From: Eledone cirrhosa
Taxonomy: Eukaryota
DNA: 64,000 bases
Reading direction: 5' to 3'
NCBI GenBank assembly: GCA_964016885.1
Contig: OZ024747.1
Location: 32,798,001 to 32,862,000, forward strand
Part shown: positions 39,618 through 53,715 of the stretch, one piece after another
Layout: each line of letters starts with the position of its first letter
How positions within the stretch are numbered: position 1 is the stretch's first letter
Position numbers and translations under genes: made by a program
Notes under the pieces: model-generated
Databases searched by the model: none
Told to the model about the DNA's origin: nothing
What the model saw: the letters and a program-made list of their open reading frames with translations, nothing else

Positions 39618-40624
39618 CTTTGAATAAATAATGAATGAATATTACATAATTAATGTACTAAATTTCGTAACTCTTGATTAAATATAAATAATTTTATTGC
39701 TTATTTCAAGATTCACTTCTTTAAAATTGTCAAATGTCAATACTTCCAGTTATCACCCATTATATTATAACACTTGTTAGACGCTTATATAAACGTTCAT
39801 ATATTTCCATCACTAATTTTCTCCTAATGCAGTTTATATATAATATTGTCTTTTTTAATGTATCATGGATTACTTTACTGATTACAGAAAAGAGTGTAAC
39901 ACAGTCTCTCTTCAATTTCTGTGTATATTTCCAATTACTATTTCATTTGACGTATCATATCTACATGTATATATACTTGCGTATAATATCAATATACACA
40001 CTACACATGCCATGCTAGTAGAAAAACCACCCTTTAATAATTAATGTGGGATTTGAATTTATTGCTACAAACTAAGAAGGACACTTCTATGCAGTTGTTT
40101 GACCTCCTAGATGTAGCTGTCAAATTTCTTACAAATCACATCGTATAATATTATATAGAAAAAAGAGAGCATTGGATAGCGTAGTACTAGATATATTGTC
40201 TTTATAAAAGATGAGATGGTCACAGCTAGAACATATTTGATTATTGACCTGGTAAATAACTATGAATAAAAACAGTCAATTTTTCTATCAAATAGTGTTT
40301 TCAAGCTCAAACTGTGAACTTACTATTTATAATTATGTGGACTGAGCTTGTCCATTAAAAGTCTTGGCCACAGACACAATACAGAACAAATATGAGGAAC
40401 TAATGCTTCATGTTGTTGCTTGAGATGTTATAAAAACCAAATATCCCTCAATTTTACACCATACTACCTTAACAAATATTAGACATCATGATCCTACATA
40501 GACATAAAAATTATTAGACAACATGATACTATGTAGCCACAAAAAAGATGGGATGGTCACAGATGAATTGTATTTGATTGATCATAACTCTGATGAAAGA
40601 TAATCTGGGATCAAACAACAATAA

Positions 40625-41060
40625 TAATGGTTTCTGCTTTAGACACAAGGCCAACACTTTTTGGGAGGAGGGGAAATTGATGATTAAATTGACCTTAGTG
40701 CATTACTGATATTTTATTTTATTTACTCCGTAAAGCTGAAAGGAATGGTATCTGATTTAGGTACAATGCCAACAATTTTAGGAGGAGTGAAAGTTGATTA
40801 AATTGACCCCAGTGTATATCTGTGTCTTTATCTTATCAATCCCGTAAGGATGAAAATAATTGTTTCTACTATAGGTCAGCAATTTGAAGGGGAGGGGAAA
40901 GTCGATTAAATTGACCGCAATGTGTTACTGGTGCTTTATTTTATCAACTCCGTGAGGGTGAAAGGCAAAGCTAACTTTGGCAAGATTTGAACTCAGAATG
41001 TAGAGGGACATAACTCTATGTCATGAAGCATGGTGTCTGACACTCTCCTGATACTGACAA
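40625..41060 (-). mobile_element. Cluster of three stacked SINE 3' fragments
   Basis: GATTAAATTGACC..GTG..TTACTG..TTTATTTTAT...CCGT(A/G)AGG repeated three times. Confidence 0.6.
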
Positions 41061-41325
41061 ACAACAATAACAAAGAGAGAATACAACCTCAGATATTTTG
41101 ACTAGTTGTATAGTAGCCAGAATATTCTGGAATTGGTTTAGTTACTGAAGTGTCTCACTACAAAGTGTTGTCTCAATTGTCCATTACCTAAAAAGACAAA
41201 AGCAGTTAGAGAGAAGCTTCTTATTTATCATTGAAATTACTTTATATAATGGACATGTGGTTAGAATGTCACAGAATGTTGGACAGATTTTATGGTAAAA
41301 AACCAGCCGGCAGGAAATCCAGGGT

Positions 41326-43556
41326 AAGTATACTTAGCTAGGAGGGAAGCAGAGGATAGAAAATTCAAGCATGTTTTGCAACGTGAGGACCAGAAACAGG
41401 AGGTGTTCAAGATTGCGAGGCAGTGTGTCAGAGAGAATTGTGATGTCATTGGAGAGAAGTGTATCCGGAATGATAAAGGTGAGCTTGCCCTCACAAGTGC
41501 TGAGAAGAAAGATGCATCGAAGAGCCATTATGATAGATTACTAAATGAGGAGAATCCATGGGAAGAAGAGACCCTACCCCAAGTAGACACTATAGAGGGT
41601 ACAAGTCAGCAGCAGCGTAGTAAGTAAGGCAATCAAAGATATGAAGATGAGGTAGGCAACCGGTTCATCGGGTATAGCTGCCGAGATGCTGAAGGCATCT
41701 GGGTCTGTAGGTCACACTATAACCACACGTTTTGTCAACCAGGTAATACTAGAAGGTGCCATACCAAAAGATTGGTGCAGTAGCATCATTGTCAACTGCT
41801 ACAAAGGTAAAGGTGATGCACTAGATAGAGGAAACTATAGAGGTATAAAGCTGATGGACCAGGTCATGAAAGTAACAGAAAGCGTTATAGCACAGTTGAT
41901 TAGGGACAGGGTGAAACTAGATGAGATGCAATTTGAGTTTGTACCAGGAAGAGGCACCACTGATGCCCTATTTCTTGTGAGGCAGTTACAGGAAAAGTAC
42001 CTAGCTAAAAGTCAACCAATCTACCTGGCATTCGCCGATCTCGAGAAAGCCTATGACAGAGTTCCACGTGCTATAATCTGGTGGGCTCTTAGAAAACTAG
42101 GAGTAGATGAATGGATTGTGAAAGCTGTACAAGCCATGTATAGGGGAGCAGTCAGCAAAGTTAGGATTAGCAAAGAGTATAGCGAGGAATTTAGCGTACA
42201 GGTTTGTGTCCACCAGGGCTCTGTTCTTAGCCCTCTCCTGTTCATCATAGTCCTGCAGGCAATAACGGAGGAGTTTAAGACCAGATGCCCGTGGGAACTC
42301 CTGTATGCAGATGACCTCGCACTTATAGCTGAATCTATGGTAGAACTAGAGAAGAAATTCCAAACTTGGAAGCAGGGACTAGAAAGAAAGGGTCTCAAAG
42401 TCAACATGATAAAGACTAAGGTCCTTGTAAGTAGACGAGAAAACAGAACCCAGATCCCCTCAGGGAAATGGCCTTGCTCAGTATGTAGGAAAGATGTAGG
42501 TAGGAACTCCATTCTCTGCCACAAATGCAAACAATGGGTACACAAGAGATGTAGCGGGATCTCAGGAAGCTTAATTAAGAATTGTAGGCTTTACATGTAG
42601 CAGCTGTGCTGAGACAGCAAGCAGCAAACAGCCACAGGAAACAAGTACCACCAATCTCTGCGAGGGTTCTGTAGAAAGAGTAGACAGCTTCTGCTACCTA
42701 GGTGACCGAATTAGCAGCGGAGGTGGGTGTTCAGAAAGTACAATAACTAGGGTAAGAACGGGAGGGAAGAAGTTCAGGGAACTACTGCCACTGCTAGCTG
42801 CAAAAGGCTTTTCCCTCAAAATGAAAGGCAGACTGTATGATGCGTGTATTCGAACAGCAATGTTACATGGTAGTGAGACCTGGGCGCTGAAGGTGGAAGA
42901 CTTACGTAGAATAGAAAGAAACGAAGCCTGCATGCTCCGATGGATGTGTAATAGTAATATACACGAACGGCAAGGCATAAATGAATTGAGAGAGAGACTG
43001 AGCATAAGAGGAATCAAATGCAGTGTGCAGGAGAGGTGGTTGCGTTGGTATGGACATGTGATGCGTATGAAGGAGGACAGCTGCATAAAAAGGTGCAGAG
43101 CACTAGAAGTCAATGGAAACCGCAGAATGGGGAGACCCAAGAAGTCTTGGGATGAGGTGATAAAAGCCGAACTTACCCAATTTCACCTCTTAAAGGCGAT
43201 GACACACAACCAGGACCTCTGGCGTCACGCAGTAATACAGGGTACCCGACCTCCCATGGGTACAAGCTGAAGCATATAGACAATATGCTCCACACCCTCC
43301 CACTGCAAAGAGGTCGTGGAGGTGCCACGGCAAAAAAGCACCCAGCGCACACTGTAAAGTGGACATGTAGGCGCCACGGAAAAAAGCACCCAGCACTCAC
43401 TGTAAATGAGGTTGGTGTTAGGAAGGGCATCCTGCTGTAGAAATCAAGCCAGAATCAGTTCCTGTATGAGCAAGGCATGGTCAGCCAACCAGACACTGCC
43501 CATAACAGGACAACCCGTCTAACCCATGCTATCGTGGAAGAACGGACGTAAAACGG

Positions 43557-43587
<31 letters not shown>
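41326..43587 (+). mobile_element. 5'-truncated RTE LINE (family A) with PHD-like Cys/His insert, nested in an older RTE fragment
   Basis: ORF 41686-42600 with NYRGIKL, FADLEKAYD, HQGSVLSP, LYADDL; ORF 42821-43270 with WYGHVMR; (GAT)n tail. The flanks 41250-41325 and 43588-43760 join into one family-C sequence. Confidence 0.93.
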
Positions 43588-43732
43588 AATCACGAACAAG
43601 ACGGATGGATAACATCCATGAGCTCAGCTGGTCTCCCTTGGGATCCCACAAGATCAGTTGGAGACAGTTGCTTCTGACTGGACATATTGAAAGAGTGTTT
43701 GAAGGCTCTGTCAACACGACCCTCTCAGGAAG

Positions 43733-43763
<31 letters not shown>

Positions 43764-46700
43764 TTGAACATCTCTATTCGCTCAGCTAGGGTTAAACAAC
43801 AACAAGAACATTGGAACACACATTGTATTCCAGTGCTGCTAGTACTGCTGATTAAAGTGATAAAATATAACTCCCTGTAGTGTCTAATTAGCTACTATAC
43901 TGAAAGTTAATTGCCTTGACTAATTTTATAATAAAATGCTATGGAGAGGACACCACTTACAAACATATCTCTCAAGAGGCTCAGTAGCTTATCCAATCAT
44001 TCTAAGAGAAATATATACAGTATATCATTCTCAGAGAAATGCACTCAGTATACCATTCTAAGAGAAACACACAGTGTATCATTATAAGAGAAATACACAA
44101 TATATCAATATCACAGTAATATACAATATATCATTATCACAGTAATACACAATATAACATTATCAGTGTAATATAGAGTATATCATCATCACAGTAATAC
44201 ACAGTATATCATTACCAGAGTAATACACAATACATCATTATCACAGTGATACACAATATATCATTATCAGTGTAATATAGAGTATATCACCATCACAGTA
44301 ATACACAGTATATCATTATCACAGTGATACACAATATATCATTATCACAGTGATACACAATATATCATTATCAGTGTAATATAGAGTATATCATTATCAG
44401 TATAATACACAATATATCATTATCAGTGTAATACACAGTATATCATTATTAGAGTAATACACAATATATCATTATCACAGGAATACACGGTATATCATTA
44501 GCAGAGTAATACACAATATATCATTATCAGTGTAATACACAGTATATCATCAGTGTAATACACAATATATCATTATCAGTGTAATACACAATATATCATT
44601 ATCACGGTAATACACAATATATCATTATCACAGTAATACACAGTATATCATTATCACAGTAATACACAATATATCATTATCAGTGTAATACACAATATAT
44701 CATTATCACAGTAATACACAATATATCATTATCAGTGTAATACACAATATATCATTATCACAGTAATACACAATATATCATTATCAGTGTAATACACTGT
44801 ATATCATTATCAGTGTAATACACAGTATATCATTATCAGAGTAATACAGGGTATATCATTAACAGTGTAATACACAGTATATCATTATCCCAGTAATACA
44901 CAATATATCATTAACAGGGTAATACACAATATATCATTATCACAGTAATACGCAGTATATCATTATCACAGTAATACACAGTATATCATTATCCCAGTAA
45001 TACACAATATATCATTATCACAGTAATACACAATATATCATTATCACAGTAATACACAGTATATCATTACCTCAGTAATACACAGTATATCATTATCACA
45101 GTAATACACAATATATCATTATCACAATAATACACAGTATATCATTATCTCAGTAATACACAATATATAATTATCACAGTAATACACAGTATATCATTAT
45201 CCCAGTAATACACAGTATATCATTATAACAGTAATACACAGTATATCATTATCACAGTAATACACAGTATATCATTATCCCAGTAATACTCAGTATATCA
45301 TTATAACAGTAATACACAGTATATCATTATCACAGTAATACACAATATATCATTATCCCAGTAATACACAATATATCATTATCACAGTAATACACAATAT
45401 ATCATCATCACAGTAATACACAATGTATCATTATCCCAGTAATACACAATATATCATTATCAGTGTAATATACAGTATGTCATTATCACAGTAATACACA
45501 GTATATCATTATTAGTGTAATACACAGTATATCATTATCAATGTAATACACAATATATCATTATCTCAGTAATACACAGTATATCATTATCTCAGTAATA
45601 CACAGTATATAATTATCACAGTAATACACAATATACCATTATCAGTGTAATACACAATATATCATTATCAGTGTAATACACAGTATATCATTATCAGTGT
45701 AATATACAATATATCATTATCACAGTAATACACAGCATATCATTATCACAGTAATACACACTATATCATTATAACAGTAATACACAGTATATCATTATCA
45801 CAGTAATACACAGTATATCATTATCAGTATAATACACAATATATCATTATAACAGTAATACACAGTATATCATTATGACAGTAATACGCAGTATATCATT
45901 ATCACAGTAGTACACAGTATATCATTATCACATTAATACACAGTATATCATTATCACAGTAATACACAGTATATCATTATCAGTGTAATACACAGTATAT
46001 CATTATCACAGTAATACACAGTATATCATTATCAGTATAATACACAATATATCATTATCAGAATAATACACAGTATATCATTATCACAGTAATACACAGT
46101 ATATCATTATCACAGTAATACACAATATAACATTATCAGTGTAATACACAATATATCATTATCAGTGTAATCCACAGTATATCATTATCAGTGTAATACA
46201 CAGTATATCATTATCAATGTAATACACAATATATCATTATCTCAGTAATACACAGTATATTATTATCACAGTAATACATAATATACCATTATCAGTGTAA
46301 TACACAATATATCATTATCAGTTTAATGCAGAGTATATCATTATCAGTGTAATATACAATATAACATTATCTCAGTAATACACAATATATCAGTAACAGT
46401 GTAATACACAATATATCATTATCACAGTAATACACAATATATCATTATCAAAGTAATACACAGTATATCATTATCACAGTAATACACAGTATATCATTAT
46501 CACATTAATACACAATATATCATTATCAGTGTAATACACAGTATATCATTATCCCAGTAATACACAATATATCATTATCAGTGTAATACACAATATATCA
46601 TTATCAGTGTAATACACAATATATCATTATCACAGTAATACACAATATATAATTATCACAGTAATACACAATATATCATTATCACAGTAATACACAGTAT

Positions 46701-49700
46701 ATCATTAGCAGTGTAATAAAAAGTATATCATTATCAATGTAATACACAATATATCATTATCTCAGTAATACACAGTATATCATTATCTTAGTAATACACA
46801 GTATATTGTTATCACAGTAATACACAATATACCATTATCAGTGTAATACACAATATATCATTATCACAGAAATACACAGTATATCATTATCACAGTAATA
46901 CACAATATATCATTATCACAATAATACACAGTATATCATTATCTCAGTAATACACAATATATAATTATCACAGTAATACACAGTATATCATTATCCCAGT
47001 AATACACAGTATATCATTATAACAGTAATACACAGTATATCATTATCACAGTAATACACAATATATCATTATCCCGGTAATACACAATATATCATTATCA
47101 CAGTAATACACAATATATCATCATCACAGTAATACACAATATATCATTATCCCAGTAATACACAATATATCATTATCAGTGTAATATGCAGTATATCATT
47201 ATCACAGTAATACACAGTATATCATTATCAGTGTAATACACAGTATATCATTATCAATGTAATACACAATATATCATTATCTCAGTAATACACAGTATAT
47301 CATTATCTCAGTAATACACAGTATATTATTATCACAGTAATACACAATATACCATTATCAGTGTAATACACAATATATCATTATCAGTGTAATACACAGT
47401 ATATCATTATCAGTGTAATACACAATATATCATTATCAGTGTAATACACAATATATCATTATCACAGTAATGCACAATATATAATTATCACAGTAATACA
47501 CAATATATCATTATCACAGTAATACACAATATATCATTATCAGTGTAATACACAATATATCATTATCAGTGTAATACACAGTATATCATTATCCCAGTAA
47601 TACACAATATATCATTATCACAGTAATACACAATATATCATTATCAGTGTAATACACAATATATCATTATCACAGTAATACACAATATATCATTATCAGT
47701 GTAATACACAATATATCATTATCACAGTAATACACAGTATATCATTATCACAGAAATACACAGTATATCATTATCACAGTAATACACAATATATCATTAT
47801 CAGAGTAATACACAGTATATCATTATCAGTGTAATACACAATATATCATTATCAGTGTAATACACAGTATATCATTATCAGTGTAATATACAATATATCA
47901 TTATCACAGTAATACACAGCATATCATTATCACAGTAATACACACTATATCATTATAACAGTAATACACAGTATATCATTATCACAGTAATACACAGTAT
48001 ATCATTATCAGTATAATACACAATATATCATTATAACAGTAATACACAGTATATCATTATGACAGTAATACACAGTATATCATTATCACAGCAGTACACA
48101 GTATATCATTATCACATTAATACACAGTATATCATTATCACAGTAATACACAGTATATCATTATCAGTGTAATACACAGTATATCATTATCACAGTAATA
48201 CACAGTATATCATTATCAGTATAATACACAATATATCATTATCAGAATAATACACAGTATATCATTATCACAGTAATACACAGTATATCATTATCACAGT
48301 AATACACAATATACCATTATCAGTGTAATACACAATATATCATTATCAGTGTAATCCACAGTATATCATTATCAGTGTAATACACAGTATATCATTATCA
48401 ATGTAATACACAATATATCATTATCTCAGTAATACACAGTATATTATTATCACAGTAATACATAATATACCATTATCAGTGTAATACACAATATATCATT
48501 ATCAGTTTAATGCAGAGTATATCATTATCAGTGTAATATACAATATAACATTATCTCAGTAATACACAATATATCAGTAACAGTGTAATACACAATATAT
48601 CATTATCACAGTAATACACAATATATCATTATCAAAGTAATACACAGTATATCATTATCACAGTAATACACAGTATATCATTATCACATTAATACAAAAT
48701 ATATCATTATCAGTGTAATACACAGTATATCATTATCCCAGTAATACACAATATATCATTATCAGTGTAAAACACAATATATCATTATCAGTGTAATACA
48801 CAATATATCATTATCACAGTAATACACAATATATAATTATCACAGTAATACACAATATATCATTATCACAGTAATACACAGTATATCATTAGCAGTGTAA
48901 TAAAAAGTATATCATTATCAATGTAATACACAATATATCATTATCTTAGTAATACACAGTATATCATTATCTCAGTAATACACAGTATATTGTTATCACA
49001 GTAATACACAATATACCATTATCAGTGTAATACACAATATATCATTATCACAGAAATACACAGTATATCATTATCACAGTAATACACAATATATCATTAT
49101 CACAATAATACACAGTATATCATTATCTCAATAATACACAATATATAATTATCACAGTAATACACAGTATATCATTATCCCAGTAATACACAGTATATCA
49201 TTATAACAGTAATACACAGTATATCATTATCACAGTAATACACAATATATCATTATCCCGGTAATACACAATATATCATTATCACAGTAATACACAATAT
49301 ATCATCATCACAGTAATACACAATATATCATTATCCCAGTAATACACAATATATCATTATCAGTGTAATATGCAGTATATCATTATCACAGTAATACACA
49401 GTATATCATTATCAGTGTAATACACAGTATATCATTATCAATGTAATACACAATATATCATTATCTCAGTAATACACAGTATATCATTATCTCAGTAATA
49501 CACAGTATATTATTATCACAGTAATACACAATATACCATTATCAGTGTAATACACAATATATCATTATCAGTGTAATACACAGTATATCATTATCAGTGT
49601 AATACACAATATATCATTATCAGTGTAATACACAATATATCATTATCACAGTAATGCACAATATATAATTATCACAGTAATACACAATATATCATTATCA

Positions 49701-51292
49701 CAGTAATACACAATATATCATTATCAGTGTAATACACAATATATCATTATCAGTGTAATACACAGTATATCATTATCCCAGTAATACACAATATATCATT
49801 ATCACAGTAATACACAATATATCATTATCAGTGTAATACACAATATATCATTATCACAGTAATACACAATATATCATTATCAGTGTAATACACAATATAT
49901 CATTATCACAGTAATACACAGTATATCATTATCACAGAAATACACAGTATATCATTATCACAGTAATACACAATATATCATTATCAGAGTAATACACAGT
50001 ATATCATTATCAGTGTAATAAAAAGTATATCATTATCAATGTAATACACAATATATCATTATCTCAGTAATACACAGTATATCATTATCTCAGTAATACA
50101 CAATATACCATTATCAGTGTAATACACAATATATCATTATCAGTGTAATACACAGTATATCATTATCAGTGTAATATACAATATATCATTATCTCAGTAA
50201 TACACAATATATCAGTAACAGTGTAATACACAATATATCATTATCACAGTAATACACAATATATCCTTATCACAGTAATACACAGTATATCACTATCACA
50301 GTAATACACAGTATATCATTATCACAGTAATACACAATATATCATTATCAGTATAATACACAGTATATCATTATCACAGTAATACACAGTATATCATTAT
50401 CAGAGTAATACACAATATATCATTATCACAGTAATACACAATATATCATCATCACAGTAATACACAATATATCATTATCACAGTAATACACAGTATATCA
50501 TTATCACAGTAATACACAGTATATCATCATCACAGTAATACACAATATATCATTATCAGTGTAATACACAATATATCATTATCACAGTAATACACAATAT
50601 ATCATTATCACAGTAATACACAATATATCATTATCACAGTAATACACAATATATCATTATCAGTGTAATACACAATATATCATTATCAGTCTAATACACA
50701 ATATATTATTATCACTGTAATACACAGTATATCATTATCACAGTAATACACAGTATATCATCATCACAGTAATACACAATATATCATTATCAGTGTAATA
50801 CACAATATATCATTATCACAGTAATACTCAGTATATCATTATCGCAGAAATACACAGTATATCATTATCACAGTAATACACAATATATCATTATCATAGT
50901 AATACACAGTATATCATTATCAGTGTAATAAAAAGTATATCATTATCAGTGTAATACACAATATATCAATATCACAGTAATACACAGTATATCATTATCA
51001 GTGTAATACACAATATATTATTATCAGTGTAATACACAATATATCATTATCACAGTAATACACAATATATAATTATCAGTGTAATACACGAATATATAAT
51101 TATCAGTGTAATACACAATACATCATTATCACAAAAATATACAGTATATCAGTGGTCACCAACCTTTCTAAAACCGAGGAACCCTTTGAATTCTTCACGG
51201 AACCTATACAATACAAAACTTAAAAAAAAAAAAAATAAAGTATTTATTTATTTTAGTGTTTCATGTGTGTGTATGTAATCGAACACAATTAA

Positions 51293-53155
51293 CTAGTGGC
51301 TTTTCTGCTGTTGCGCCTCATCAGTGAGTTTAGAAAATCGAGGTTCAACACTAGTTAATGCCAATCTCATACACTCGTCATTTGCTGACAGTTTATTCAT
51401 CTTCTTTGTGCAGATTTCTACCAACTGCGAAAACCCTTCGCACAAGTAGCTAGATGGGAATAAAGTCAAATATTTCAATGCAAGTTGGCTGATTTCATTA
51501 AACTACCCAATCAAGAATAAGTCGATCCATAGTTCTTTCTTTCTGCTTTCGAATATCACTTTCAGGTCTTCGTTTGAATTCAAATCCATCAACTGATGTA
51601 AGCATTGTGCAGGTAGTAAATTTTTACAATTTCCAGCGTCATTTTCTGACACTAACTGCTCGATCTCTGTGAATGGGTTTTTTATCCATAAATTTCCGCT
51701 AACAATATATTTTTCCATCAAGTCAAAATAATCTGAAAAACTTGTGGAAAGCACATTTAAATGAGAAAGAATAATCTTCTTTAGATTGCTGGAGTCAAAA
51801 TCTTCTCTCTTTTTAAGCTCTATTTCAAGGTTTGAAAGTAATGAGTAATTGTCCGATTCAATTCTTTTTATAAAGATGTTTAATTTTGATTGAAAATATG
51901 TAATAAAATTGATTGAAGTAAAAATATCTGCATTGTTACGCTGAAGACACTTATTTAGTTTGTTCAGTTCACCAAAAATGTCATTGGTTTCTAATACACT
52001 TGCTCTTTCATCATTCTGTTTTTTTAGAAAAACTATTATTTCTTCTCTCAGTTCAAAAACTCTCTTCATAGCATCCCCAAAAGACAGCCAACGCACATCA
52101 TTGTTCAATAACAATCTATTATAATTACTTCCAGAAGATTCACAAATAGATTCACACATTCTAGAATTTTTTGCTCTTGCATGGATCAAATTGATAATGT
52201 TGACAATGTCTTTCAGCTGGTCATTTAATATTTGAGCATCTCTGTCTTTGAATTTTTTTGAACACAAAACCTCTCAATGAATCATACAGTGATTTGAAAT
52301 ACAGTTTGGGGTCTGTTCTTTAATTTTTGCAATCAAACCAGAATTTTTACCAGTCATTGCAGCTGCTCCATCTGTTGTTATTGAAGTCAACTTGCTCCAA
52401 GATACACCATTTTTAAAAAAATACTCTTCAATTTTATTGAATATATCTTGACCTTTAGTTGTGATGTCTAATACCAGACAAAACAAATACTCTTCTACTA
52501 ATTCTTTTTTATCAAGGTCTACAAACCGTACAAAGCAAATTAATTGAGCCTTGTTATTAATATCCGTAGTTTCGTCCATTTGCAGACCAAAACATGTGCT
52601 TTTCTTTAGTGCAGTTAGTATCTGATTTTCTATATCAGAAGAAATATCAATTATCCTTCTTTTTACGGTATGTGCTGACAATGGTAACTGGCTTAATTTT
52701 TCTTTGTCCTTAATACTGCAGCTTTCAAAAAGATTCTCTGTAGCAATTTTTATACTTGGCAGAATTAACTGTTCTAATGTAAATGGTTTCTTGTTTTTAC
52801 CAATCAAATGTGAAATTTCAAAAGATGTTCTTGTTAAAGCTTTATTTCAATCTGACTTTTTACAAAACAAGTCATACATATTAGCTTGTAATTTTTTGAT
52901 GTTGTTTTTCAGCGAAGTAAAGTATTCCAGTGACTTGCTTTTATCATTGGTGTGATTAGTATCAAGGTGTCTTTTAAGTTTTGCAGGATTTAAACAGCTA
53001 TTTGATAGAACTTTTGAACATAGCAAACACATGGGCTGATCTGGTGTATCTTTTTTAGTGTCAGCTTTTTGAAATCCATATCTAACATAATCATAACACC
53101 ACTGTCTAACCTTACTACTGGTATCTAACTTCAGCTTCTTTGCAGTAGACATCAT
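51293..53155 (-). pseudogene. Frameshifted Buster-type transposase (BED finger + DDE)
   Basis: PMCLLCSKVL..KLKRHLDTNH (BED), LQMDETTD, ITTDGAAAM, HCMIH, VRWLS, SSYLCEGFS, terminal QKSH; split over four ORFs. Confidence 0.92.
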
Positions 53156-53617
53156 ATCAAGGTTATTTATCTACAGTTAATATTTTTAATATGACATTAA
53201 TAAACAAGAGAAATTAAGTTTTTTTTATTACAAAAAGTACTTAAATTAACTTTAATTTTAGATATTTGGAAATACTTAACTAGTTAAAAAAGAATTTTAA
53301 TTTTTAAAAATTGAAATTTCTCCATTTTAGGATGGCAAACATATTATTTAAAGTCTTATAATAATATTAAAATATTAGGGGTTACTGAAAAAGGTGCAAA
53401 TTTATAAACAACTAGAAGAAATCTTTTTCAGAGTCCAGCACTTCCTGCATATACTACTTTAGGGTCGTATTAAATATTATTGGTAATGTAAATATATTTA
53501 AATATCCGCCATACTAAAAGGTGCAAAAAATGCAAATCAGCTGATAGTGTAGATGTGACGATGGTATTGGAAATTAATTCAGATATCTTCTATCTATTTT
53601 GACTCAAAGTTAGATAT

Positions 53618-53715
53618 AATTGTTTCTACTTTAGGCACAAGGCCAGTAATTACCCAGTGCATTACTGGTACTTTATTTTATCGACCCCGTAAGGATGAAA
53701 GGCAAAGTCAACCTT
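53618..53715 (-). mobile_element. SINE 3' fragment inserted in the hAT element
   Basis: Matches 39428-39525 nearly base for base. Confidence 0.8.

Noticed and set aside
51293-53155. Domesticated ZBED-type host gene
   Set aside because: Three frameshifts plus intact TIRs and TSD indicate a defective transposon.
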